Below are positions 29,101 to 41,900 of a stretch of DNA of 64,000 nucleotides, one piece after another. Position 1 is the stretch's first letter, and each line of letters begins with the position of its first letter. The notes beneath the pieces were generated by a model. The model searched no databases. It worked only from the letters and a program-made list of their open reading frames with translations, and was not told where the DNA came from. Position numbers and translations under genes: made by a program. This DNA comes from an uncultured Verrucomicrobiae bacterium (GTDB taxonomy: Bacteria; Verrucomicrobiota; Verrucomicrobiia; Limisphaerales; Palsa-1400). Location of the stretch: the NCBI GenBank assembly GCA_963707025.1, contig CAVPOM010000014.1:96001-160000 (forward strand). Reading direction: 5' to 3'.

Positions 29101-32100
29101 CAAGGTGGCCCCCAGCGGAGCAATGATCACCGTCGGTCGCAGAACAATCGTGGTGACCGACAGGTAATTGTGGTTGGTATTCGGACTGCCCGGCTGGCCG
29201 AACACGGTAAAAGTGGAAATCAAAACATTGGAACCGACCCCTGGGGGCACGGTCGGCGCCTGGACGATGTTGGTCAGGGTCAGGCTGGTTCGGCTGGGCA
29301 GGTTGTTTGTAATGGTCCACGTCACCACGCCGTTGTGGTTCACCGCCGTCGCCTGGCTGGTGGAAACGAAGGTCACGCCAACCGGCAGGGTCTGATTCAT
29401 AAACACGTTGGTGGCGGTGGCTGGCCCGCCATTGGTCACCGTCACCACATAGGCGAAGTTGGCGCCTGAAATCGCAGGGCTGGGCGACGCTGCCGCGAAA
29501 ACGCCCAGCTCCGCCGCCGGGACCGCGTTGATCGTGGCGTTGGCCGTATTATTGCCCGGCACGGGATCATAGTCAGATGGGTCAAGCCCCGCCGTGCTGG
29601 TCAGGGTGCTGGGGCCAACCACCGTCGGGCTGAGCACCAACGTCGCGGTCGCGCCCGAACCCAGAGGCAGCACACCAATGGAAGCCAGCGTCCCGCCACC
29701 CGAGACGCTGCCTTGCGACACGGTGGCAGAAATGACATTCACGTTCAGGGGAAGCGTGTTGGTCAGGGTCACGCCCAGAGCCGTCGCCGGCCCGTTGTTG
29801 GTGACGTTGACTAAAAAGGTCGCCAGGCCGTTCACCGGTACGGAACTGGGTGAGACGCTCATAGTCACCACCAAGTCCGCCGCCGGCCTGGAAATCAGGA
29901 CCGAGGCCGAGGCGTTGTTGTTGGCCGGATTGGGATCCGTCTCGGGCGCACCGACAACGGCGGTGGCGGTAAACAGTCCCGGCACGGTGGGCACAGCGGT
30001 GACAGTAATGGTGGCGTTGCTTTGGATCGGCACGGTGCCAAGGGAAAAAGTGATGAGGGATGCCAGTTGGGAAATCGTGCCCTGACTGCTGACCGCGCCC
30101 TGATAGACGATGCTCGAAGGAAGGGTCAGGCTGACCACCGTGTTGGAGGCCGGGCTGGGGCCGGCATTGGAAACGCTCAGCGCATAGCTCAATGGGCCGC
30201 CCACCGGGGTCGTGATGGGATTGGCCGTCATGGTGAGCGAGAGGTCAGCGCCGGGACATTGACCGCCCCCATCCACGCACTGCTCCGGGGTAATAAAGAG
30301 CGACCAGCATTGCAGGGTGGACGCCAGCCCGGTCAGTTCGTTGATCACATTGAGCTGCCAGATGCCGTTGACGTTGGTGCCGGTCATCAGGTTGAAGGCG
30401 GCCAGGGGCGTGACCGGGGTAAAGGTCCCGGCCAGGGGCGCGAGACCTGAATTTATAGACTGCGCCGCCCCGTCGTCAAAGGTGGTGCGGCTGGAATCCG
30501 GCACGCAAGCGGTCCCAAAGTTGGCACCCACTCCTCCGTCGCCGAGGGCCAGAACCACGGTGGTGCCGTTGGGACTTATCAGTTGCAGCTCCATAAATTC
30601 ATCTTCCTGCGCCGTCAGGTAAACCGAAACGGTGACCTTGCCGACCGTATTGATGCCACTGACCACGACGGGCGAGAACACTCCGGTCAAACTGCCCGCA
30701 GGCACGGGCAACACCGTCGTATTGTCAAACCGCGCCGGCGGTCCCAGCCTCCCGGTGGCAAACTGCAACACATTGGTTTGCTCGGTTTGATCGCATTTCA
30801 GGACCAATTGCAAATTGACGGTCGTGCCGCAGATGAAACTGGGTTCGGTGCTGACCGTGAACAGAGTTGGATTGAGGGCTGACTGTCCCACTCCGATATT
30901 GGGATAGGAAACGATGGACTGGCCAATGATCACCCCCGGGGTCAGGCTGCTCAGGATGCCCTGCACCGTGGTCGCCCCGGCGGTTCCTATATTCGTCACC
31001 AGGATGTTCAAATCCTTGCACCCATCCGGGTCAATCATCCCGGTGCCGTTGCCACCGAAGATGGTGTTGGTCAACACCACCAGAATCGGCGCCTTGCCGC
31101 CGGTTGGAACCAGCGCATTGATCAAGGGCTGGCCCGTCGGACTGCCGAATCCGGTGCAAAGATCAAAACCCGGCACGGCGCTGAATTCAGTCGGATTGGC
31201 GGGGCTGAAATTGTTGCCATTGGTAACATCATGGAGGCAGCTACTATAAAGAGGCCCCAGGCAGAGCGCATAGATGGCCGGATTGATGAAACCCAGCGAA
31301 GGACTGCCCGCCTGTGCCGCCCTCTCATTCATCAATGCGGTAAAAGAGGCCCACAATGGCGTGGCACAACTCGTGCCCCCAACGTCATACGGAGTGCCGT
31401 TGTCCGCCACCACATACACATTGTCCGCCGTCAGCGCCACATCCGGATAGTTCCGGAAAAGCGGCGAACCGCCATTGTTTGCCATGCTGACAGGTTGTTG
31501 CCAAATTGGAATTGCGTAAAAGCTGCTGGTGCCACCGCTGCTGCCAGCTCCCCCCCCGCCTGCCACACCGTCTCGGACACAAAACTTCCCAACGGCCCGG
31601 TGGTTGACAACGTCGTCCCGCCGACTGAGGTGAGAAAAGGATTGTCGCATGGATAAAAGTCCAGCGTTGGATCATCCGCCTCCCCCGGGGCCATGGAATC
31701 AAAGTCCGCGGAAGCCTGGAAATACGACTGTCCTTGGGCGCTCATTTCTTTGAAGATGTTATCCGACGTGGGCGACGGGCCGCCGCTCCAACTCCACGAA
31801 GAACTGACTTGCTTGGCGGCATTGTCCGTCGCGATCCTGTTCAAGACATCATTGGGGAAAAAATTGATCGGGTCCCCTTCATAGCTGATGATAAGGAACA
31901 ATCCCGGGGCCATGGCATTGCCCATTTCTATGTCCAAGGACACCTCGACCTCCCCGCCAGTGCCGGTGGGCAAGCCATTGAATCCGTCCAACAACACATT
32001 CTGCAAGGGGACATTTGGCAGGTTGGCCTGGGCATCATAGGTCGCAATGTCGCTGGCCAGATAGCCGTCAAACTCGACCAGTGCCAGCGTCTGCCCGGTG

Positions 32101-32900
32101 CCGGTAAGCGTCACCCCGGGGGTATAGGCGTCCCTGAAATCGTACCCCAGGTAGGTGCCTCCCGGGCCGGAACCCAGGTTGGGCGCTGCCCTCTGCGCTT
32201 GCAGCAGATTCTTCGGCTTGGTCACAAAATGGGCATGCGGCTGGCCATAATTGTTCAGGCCGCTGATGTCCAGAACCGCAACCCCCGCCGGCACGGACGG
32301 CTCCACATCCGGCGCGAAGAAATTCCGGTTCTCGGCCGGGTGCCGATAGACGCGCAGTTTCACCTGGAATGCCTTCTCAATATCCGCCACCGCTCCTGTC
32401 ACATCCAGCAACAGCCGATTGGGATGCTGGCGCTTGACCTCCAGCCCGCTGGCCCGCGCAAAATCAATCAAACCCTGATAATCCTGTGCCGTGGGCCCAA
32501 ACCGCTGCGTGAACTGCTCCGGGGTCAGATATTGGCGATAGTTCGCGCTGGCCGGGTCGTAGATCTGCTGGAGCAAGGTGTCGAGGGCTGCCCCATTGCG
32601 CAAGGGCAGACCGATGGCCAGGTCCACGCGGTTGCTGCCGGGAAGCTCGCCGATGGATGGCAGGTTCCTCCGCTGAATCACCGCCGGCACATGGCCCTTG
32701 AGTTGTTGTCTTTCCTGCGCCTCAGCCCGCCTGCAGGCGAACACCGCCATGACAGCCAAGAAAAACGTCAGCGACCGGAAACCGCCTTTTCCCGGAAACA
32801 TCCAGGCGGGCGGGCCGGCGGCGCAAGCCGCCACCGGGCGCGCCTGCTCATTCGTTCCACTCTGGCCGTCGCTGGCCGGCAGGAAAGTCACTGGTTTCAT
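26120..32900 (-). CDS. ~2260-aa multidomain S53 (sedolisin/kumamolisin) protease with P-domains and DUF11 repeats; split by two frameshifts
   Basis: Pro-domain (YRQYLTPEQF), EVSLD, ASAD, RNYPDVA, GGTSCATP, GFDLCTGFGSP; adding one G at the G8 run (31550-31557) and at the G5 run (26985-26989) joins three ORFs. Confidence 0.88.
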
Positions 32901-32936
32901 GGTATTATGGCTGGGATGGATCGCAGGGTAATTGGG

Positions 32937-35900
32937 TTAGAAAGGGGTTGTCAATTTAAAGAAATGGAGGCTGTTGGTCGGCACGGTGACGGAGTACTGG
33001 CCGTTGACGATGCTGGGCGCGGGATTGGTCACCGTCACCCACACAATCGGCGGAGTGAGGTTGGTCGCCCCTTGCAGCATGTAATTGGTGGCCGCGACGG
33101 GCCAGGTGAATGTGTTGGCCATCGCGCTGGAAACAATGGAAAGCGTTGGCGCCGGATTGATGACAATCTTGAACGAGGCGAAGTTGTTCAACTTGATGGG
33201 ATCATACGCTAAGGACCCCACCACCACCGTGTCCAGAACGGTGCCCCCGCCGGCGTTGGTGGCCATGGCGGTCAGGGTCAGCGTGGCATCTGCGAACGGG
33301 GCCAATGAGCCGACGCTCCAAGTATTCGTCCCGCCGGCACTGGCCACTGAGCCCAAGGACGCCGAATGGCCCGTCAGAACCAGCCCCTCCGGCAGGTAAT
33401 TGGTCACCGTCGTCCCGAACGCCAAGGAAGGACCGTTGTTGGTCGCGACCAGGGTGATGGTGGCGAAATCGCCCGCCGTCACCGGGTTGGGGGTGGCACT
33501 GATCGTCACTCCCAGATCGGCGCTCGGCTGGCTGATGCTGCTCACCACGTTGGTCACGTTGTTCGTGCTCGGTTCAAGCTGGCCGGAGATGGCGATGAAG
33601 GTGTTTGTCTCCAGAGCGGCCGCGTTGGGCACCACCGCCACCTCGAAGGAGACGCCGGTCCCGACCGCCAGGGCGTTGACGGCAAAGGTCAATACTCCGT
33701 TGTTGTTGACGACCGTGCCGGGGAAGTTGTTGCTGAGATAGGTCAGCCCGGCCGGCAGGATATTGGTGATGAACACGCCGCTGGCCCCGGCCGGCCCGTA
33801 GTTGGTCAGCCCGACCGTGTAGATCAGATTGTTGCCCACCGTGGCCAGGACGGGCGCCGCCGTCACGCTCAATTCCAAATCCGTGTAGGAAGGCACCGGA
33901 TTGCCCGTGCTCAAATTCAAGCTCCAGCCGTTGCTGATCCACCCGTAATCCAGCGTCTTGGTGTCGGCCACGTAAAGCGACCAGGTGCCGTCGGCGGCGG
34001 TGCCGGAGAAGACGGACAAGTTGGTGGGATACGGATTGGCCGGCGCCGGGGGTGGCATGACGGGCAGGATGCCCCAGTTGTTTCCCACAAACAAGGTCAC
34101 GTTGGAGTAAGTGCCGTTGATATCAATATACTCATTGATATACGGGGTCGGCTTGTTCGTGGCGGATATATTATTGACAAGCTGGTTGCTCGACAGGTAG
34201 GCAGGGGCCGCATCGTCAAAGGTCAGGCTGAAGTTGGTCACCCCCAACCCGTTGCCGCCGCCCACCGCGTTCATCAACAACACATTGGTGACGGGAGAAA
34301 CCAGAACCATCATAATATCGCTCGGCAGGCTGTGCGTCAGGTTGCTGAAGGCGACGGTGACTTTGCCCACGTTCCCCGCCAGGCCCCCCACGGGGATGAC
34401 CGATGGATATGGACCGGCCGGCCCTTCCGCCGGAGTCGGCACGAAATTGGCGGCGGGAACGGCAATCAGATTGGTATTGGCGAAGGTGGTCGTGGTCGTG
34501 CCCAGGGTGAATGAAAACACTGCCGTCGCCAGATCGCGCGGGCCGTCCTGCAGTTGGAAAACCGCGGCAATGACCTGGTTGTTGCTGCCGTTGGCGGTGA
34601 AGGTGAACGGCTGGGAAACCGCATGGCCGCCCTGAATCAGCACGCCGTAGTTGTGCGAACTGCCCACTCCGGGGGTCACCGCGCTGCTGGCCTGCAAGGT
34701 GGCGACCAGGTTGGTGGTATTGCCGCCGGAAATGCACCGCAAACCAAAGTCCACCGTGACCGTTTCCCCCGGATCAATCAGCCCGTTGGTCGGCTGGAAA
34801 CTTTCATACACCAGCGCCGTGCCCGCCGCAATCACATAAGACCCGTCGCCCTCCTGGATGGTGAGAACTGCCGTGCTGGGCGGGCTGAGCACCGGCGGGA
34901 TCGCCCCGGCTCCCTGCGGATTGCTCAGGCTCAAGATCACGGTGTGGTCCGCCGTGATGATATGATCGTCAATGACATCAACCGCGAAACTCTGCGAAGT
35001 GACTCCGGGGGCAAAGTTCAGCGTTCCATTGGTGGCAAAGTAATTGACCCCCGCCTTTCCGGTTCCATCCGCGGTGGCAAACTGCACGCTCGTGTTCGTA
35101 TTGGTCACCCCGCTCACCACCACCGTGATCTGCACCTGCACCCCTTTTTCGTTCACCGCATAAGCCGCGCTGGAAAAGCTCATCGCCGTGACGGTGTTGG
35201 TGATGCTGATCACCGCGTTGGAGGGTGACAGCAGGTAGATATTAGTGGAGATGGTGGAAACTGGATTGGCCAGGGCGAAATTGAATGTTTTGGTGTTCTC
35301 CAAAACCCCGGGATTGAGAATAGTCAGCGTCACGTTGGTGCTGGCCTGCCCGTCCGCAAAGGTCAGCACCCCGTTGGTCGCCGCGTAATCCACCCCCGCC
35401 ACCGCCGTCCCGTCGCTGGTCGCATAACTGACCAACACGGTCCCGGTATTGACGTTCAACCGGTTGACCGTCACCACCACGTTGCTGCCATTCTCTCCAG
35501 TGATGTAGGCATTGGTCGCCAGTGCAAATCCGGTCACATCCCCAATGATCGTCACCACCGACGCCCCCGGACTGCCAATTTGCGTTCCGGGGCTGGCATT
35601 GGTCAGCACCACCTCGAAGCTTTCCGGCGCGTCCACCGTCTTTTGCTGGAAAATCGCTATCGGCACGGTCTCGAAGGTCTGTCCCGGCGCAAAGGTCAGG
35701 ACCCCGTTGGTCGGCCCGTAATTCAGCCCGGGAATGGCATAGCCGTTGGTCCCCGCCGCATTGGTCGGCGACACCGTGGTGTAGCCCACCGAGATGGTGC
35801 CATTGGTCGGACCGTTGCGCAGGATGCTGACCGTGACCGAACCGGAGGCTTCGCTCACGAAATAGTCCGCGCTGGCCATCGTAAAGTCCTGGATGTCGTT

Positions 35901-38900
35901 GACAATGGTCAGGGTTTCAACACTCGACCCGCCTATCGTCGTCCCAACCGGGTCGGACAAGGTCAAAAAGACCGTCGAATCCGGAACGGCGTTGGTGAGC
36001 TGATAGATGGGGATGGTGATGCTCTGGGAGGTTTGGCCGTCGGAAAAGAAATTCGTTTGCACGACCTGGCCGTAGTTGACCCCCGCCGTCGCGGTGCCGT
36101 TGCTGGTGGCAAACACGACGGAAATCGGCCCCGTCACACCATTGGTCCGAATCAAGTTGATCACCGCGTTCGAGGCCGCCTCGCCCACCGTATAGCTGGG
36201 CTGGTCGAAGCTGACGACTCCGGGGCCGGCATAGACCGTGGCAATGGTCAGCGTGGCCGAGCTGGGCGTCGTCAGAAAACCGTTGGTCGGATTGGTCAGC
36301 TCCAAATCCACCGTTTGATCGCTCAACATACTCGTGTTGTTGGACAAGCCTATCACCCACAGGTTGGTCACCACCCCCGGAGGAAAGACCAGCACGTTGG
36401 AGGCGGGGAAATAGTTCACCCCCGGCGTCGCGGTGCCGTTGGTTCCGGTAAAGGCCGTCACCGTCAGCGTGGTGATGGGATTGCCGATGCGCACCACGGG
36501 AATGACCGCCGCCCCGCCGGCCGCGTTTTCCGACTGCCGGTAGCTGGCCGAGGAGAAAGCCACCGCCGAGTTGGCGTTGGTGATGATCACCTGGGCCGAG
36601 GACTGGAACCCCAGCGACACCCCGAGCGGCTCGGACAAATTCACGTTGAAATACCGGTTGCCGCCCACCACCCCGTTGTTAATCACCGGCACCAGCACGT
36701 TGGTGAACGTCTCCCCGATGGGAAAGCTCACCGTGCTGCTCACCGCCGTGTAATCCACCCCGTTCAGCGCCGTCCCGTCCGCCGTTGTGAACAGCGCGCT
36801 CACCACCGGGTTGCCGGCGACGCCCGCCGTCCCCCCCGTCCGCTCCACCGTGATGAGCGCATTGGTCTGATTCTGCACCGCCCCATAGAGCGGTCCGGTG
36901 AAACTCAGCGAGCCGGGGCCGAAAATCTCCCCGCCAAACAGCCTCGTGAAGTTGTTCTGCACATACCCGCCAAAACTGGTAAACGAACCGCCCACGTTGA
37001 TTTCGTCATTGGCCTGGATGGCAATGGCATGAACGTAGCCGTTGGCCCCCGACCCAAAGTTGATCGTCGGATCCACCGACCCGTCGGCATTGAGCCGCGT
37101 CAGGCCATTGCGCGTCACTCCGCTGGCCCGGGTAAACTGGCCGCCCGCCAGAATCCTCTCCTGCGAATCTATCGCCAGCGTCTCCACCGTATTGTTGGCC
37201 CCCACCCCCACGTTGAAACTCTGGTCCAGGCTCCCGTCGGTGTTCAGCCGGGCGATATGATTCAAGCTCGCGCCGTTGACGTTGGTGAACACTCCCCCAA
37301 CGACGATCCGCCCGTCGGGTTGGATGGCGATGGCATGGACCGAACCCAGCACCGTGCCCCCGGTGTCCGCGTTGAAGGTCAGGTCAACCGAGCCATCCAG
37401 ATTCAAACGCACCAGGTGGTGATAATTCCCGTTGTTGAACGAGATGAAATCACCGCCCACAATCACCTTGCCGTCCGCCTGCACCGCCAGGGCATGCACC
37501 GCCCCGTTGGTGCTGGTCACGCCATTGCCGGGGTTAAAGTTCAAATCCACCTGGCCCGCGCTGGTCAGCCGCGCCACCCCGCTCCGTTGCACCCCGTTGA
37601 AATTGGCGAAACCGCCGCCGATCAGATAAGCCCGCACCGGCGGCCCGTTGTTCGTCGCCGGCGCCAGAAAGGTTTCCACCACCGCGTAGATCGTGTTGTC
37701 CGCGCCCGCCCCGGGGTTAAACGTCGTGTCCAGCGAGCCGTCCAGATTCAAGCGGGCGATGTTGTTGAACGGAATGTTGTCAAAGTGCGCAAAGTTGCCC
37801 GCCACCATGATCGCGCCATTGGTCTGGCCTGCATCCGGCGTTTGGCTCAGCACCACCTGCACCAGCCCGTCCGACCCCGCCTGCAGGTAGAGAAAACCCG
37901 TGTCCACCGATCCGTCCGCGTTCAGCCGCGCCACCTCGGATAATGGAATCTGGTTGGCAAAGGTGAAAAGCCCCCCCGCCAACAGCTTCCCGTCCGGCTG
38001 CAGGCTCAACGAGTTGACCACATTGTTGAAGCCGCTGCCCGTCAGCAGCGTCGTGTCCACCGAGCCGGGAGACCCCGTCACCAGTTGATTGTCCAGGATC
38101 GTGATCGTCCCGCTCTTGGGAAACGGATTGCCATTGGTGATGGCCGCCGGATTGGGGTTGGAAAGCGTCAAGCTGATCACCCGGTTGGCCGCGTTGGTTT
38201 CCGACGGCGTATAAAGAATCGGAACCGTAAAGGTCTGGCTCGTCACCCCGTCGCCAAAGATCAGCGTGCCGTTGGTCGCCCCATAGTTGGTGCCGGCCAG
38301 CGCCGGCTGGAAGGGCGGGATCAGCCCGCTGCCATTGGCGGTGGCATAATTGACCGAGATGGTTCCCACCGTTCCCCCGCGGCGCGTCACCGTCACGATG
38401 GCCTGCCCCGCGTTCTGCAACACATTGATGTTGGTCGGCGCAAAATTGAGCTGGCCGTAAAAATCATCGTCCACTATCGTCACCGGCACGTTGGTCGGGT
38501 AGAGCAGCACCAGGCTGTTGGTCGGCGCACCCGTGCCGTAGTTGGCCACCACCGCATTGGTCAGATACACATTGAAGGTCTTGGCTCCTTCCACCACATG
38601 ATCCTCGATGGTCGGGATGCTGACCGTCTTGACCGCCACGTCCCCGTTGGTCCAGGTCAGCAAATTGGAAACCGTCGTATAGTTGATCCCGTTGCTGCCC
38701 GTCCCGTCCGTCGTCAGGCATTGCACCGACAACAGCCCCAGCGCCCCGGCCGTGCGCTCGATGCCCACCTGCGCCGTCCCGCCCTTGGTCACGCTGTAAC
38801 CCGCGCTGGTGAAACTCAAGTGGCCGGGCTGAAAATGGTCGTCCACTATCGTCACCACCGAGTTGGTCACCAGGATGGGCGGATTATTCGTGTCGAATCC

Positions 38901-41900
38901 CGCCCCGTGCGTCGGGCTGAACAAAATCACGTTGAAAAACTTGTTCGATTGCAGGGTCGAGTGATTAAAAATCTGCACCTGGAAACTGGCGCTCACCGCC
39001 TCATCCGCAAAGTTCAGGTTGGTCGTGATCGGGTTATAATCCACCCCCGCCACGGCCGTCTGCACGTTGGGATCGTTGGTGTAACCGTTCTGCGTCTTGC
39101 ACCCGACGGAAACCGAGCCGTAACTGCCGTTGGTGCGCAGAACCGTGATGGTGACGAATCCCCCGCTCTCCGTCACGTTGTAATTGGTCGCGCTGAATCC
39201 CAGGGTGCCGGCCGGGAAGTTGTCGTTAATGATTTCCAGGCCGGCCAGGGTCAAGGCCGGCGCTGGCAGCATCGGGATGTTCATGCCGCCCAGATTGAAG
39301 GTGTCGTAATCGTTGATGGACAGCAGCGACAGGTCGGCAAAGAGGTTCTGCTGCGCCGCCTTGTTGTCGAAAATCGTCAGTTGCACCGGGACCACCCCGC
39401 CACCGAGGATGGTGACATTATTGGGGCCATAGGCGCCGTCCGCCGTGTCATAGCCGTAACCCGGCGTGGTAATGGGGCCAGCGGCCTCGCTCACGACGCT
39501 CAGGAAGGAATGGGGATACTGCGCAATCCCGTTGTTGATCAACCCAAAGTCAATATTACCGGCCGCCCCAGGACCGGGCGGGAGCGTATTGGTGGCCATC
39601 ACGATGTTGACCGGGCCTAAGGCCCCGTTGGTGCGGACCACGCTGATGAAGGTGCTGGGGGCCGTGTCGTTGGCGCTGTAGGTGCTCTGGGTGAAGCCGA
39701 CATTCCCGGGATAATTCGGAGGATTCCCCGCGACCGGGCCGGGGTTGGGATTGACTGGGGCGCCGGTGATGGCGTTGAACGGCAGGACATTGGTGCCTTG
39801 CGGACCCAGCGTGGGCGGACCGATGACGCTGGCCACGTTCCACCGGACCCTCACATCGTCGCGCGTAAAACCACCCCCCACCCGCACGAAACTGCCCCCG
39901 ATCAGGACGTTCTGATTGAGCGGCTGGTAGGCCATGGCATTGACATAATTGGGTGAGTTATACCCCGCCGGAAGCGGCAGGTCGTTCGGGTTGACCGCAT
40001 TGACATTATAATAGTGGTTGATCACACCGGCGAATTGATTGTAGGCGACATCCATGAAACTCGTATCCACCCACCCGTTGGGCAACAGGCGCGCGTAGCC
40101 GACCCGCCGCACCGACCCAACACTGGTAAACTGCCCCCCCACCAATATCTTCTGGTCAGGCTGGATGGACACGCAATACACCGGGCCGTTGGCCCCGGCG
40201 CCCGGACTGAACGAATTGTCCACCGAGCCGTCGTAATTCAGCCGCGCCATGCAAGGCAGATTGGTCAGGTGGACCTGCGAAAAACTGCCCCCGATCACAA
40301 TCTGGTTCCCCGGCGACTGCACCGCCACGCCGTAAACCGTTCCGTTGACGTCGGTGCCCGGATTGAAGTTGGTGTCCAGGGCGCCGCTGGGCGTCAAACG
40401 CGCCAAGCCGGGCCAGTTGGTGCCTTCGACCGTGGAGAAGGCCCCGCCAATCACCACATCCCCCAATGAGTCGGACGCCACCGCCCGGACACTGACTCCG
40501 TCAAAGTTTTCGTCCGTTCCCGCTCCCGGATCAAAGCTGGTATCCAGCGAGCCGGCGTGCGGTCCGCTGCCAAAAAGCCGCGCCACATGCACCCGGTTGG
40601 TGGAATCGTAGGTCAGGAAGTCGCCGCCGATCAGCACATTGCCGTTGGGATCCAGCGCCAGCGCCCACACCGTCCCGTCCGCCCCGCGTCCGGTGTTGAA
40701 GCTCGTGTCCAGCGAGCCGTCATTATTCAGCCGGGCCACATGGTTGGCCGTCACGCCGTTGAAGGAGGTGAACTTGCCTCCGATCAGGATTCTCCCCACG
40801 GCGTCAATCGCCACGGCGGAGACGAAATCATTGGGGCCGATGATGCCAATGCCCGAATCAAATGTAAAATCCGGCAGCCCGTTGGTCAGCGTCCGCACCA
40901 GATAATTAAAGTTGGTCGCATCATAAGAGACAAAATGGCCGCCAATCACCGCTTTACCGTCCTGTTGCACCGCCACCGCCAGCACCTCCTGGTCCGCCCC
41001 CGGCAGCGAGTTGAACGGAGGATAGGAATTGGCCACATTCTCCATGTTCCAACTCCGGTCCGCCGCCCCTCCCGGCTGTTGCTGGGTGTGAACTCCATGG
41101 ATGTCGGTCAAATTGGCGTCATACTGGATGATGACGCTGCAGGAGCCGACATTGCCGATGATGTCCCGGGGGTCCCCCCCGCTCGGTTTGGACAGGGTAA
41201 TCTGGATTTCCCGGTCAAATTCCACCGCGCCATTATTGTTGACAGGGATGCTGATGCCCACCCCCACTCCCCCCTGGCCGCCGCCAGGCACCGGCGGGAT
41301 GGTGATCGAGCCGGACCCGGTTGGGCCGTAAGGCGCGCGGAAATCGTCGTTTTCCAGGGTGGCAAAATTGCCCGGAGGTTGCGGCGCCGGAAGTATTTTC
41401 TCGCCGATGGCAAAATCAGCCCCCAGCTCCTGCGTGGTGGGCAGGGCCCATGCCTGGGGATTGCCAGTCAAGCCGTTGACCGTGTAGTTGAGGGTGGTGG
41501 AGTGGTCACCCGGGCCCCAGCGCCAAACAGTCACGCCGACAGCCGGGATGGGGAAGTCGTTGGTGGTTTGTTGCGCCGATTTGGGAAAGCGGTAAACCCG
41601 GTTTTCGAAGTTGATGGCATCGTAGTTGGTGCAAGTGTCCGGCAGTCCGAGAACCGCTCCCGGTTGAATGTTGTAGAAATCATGGATGGACATCACGGCC
41701 ACACCGGTGTTCCCCGCGCGAAAACCCCCGCCAGCCATGGCGCCGGTGCCATCTGGAGCCACTTCGTTGGGCGCCAGCGTCGGCACCGCCACATCCAGGC
41801 TCTCCAGCGGATCCAGGCGCGGATTGGCCAGCGACAGAATCACCCGCCGCGGTATGCCCGGAGCGACGAGGTTCCCCAGTATATCAGGCCAATCCGGCCC

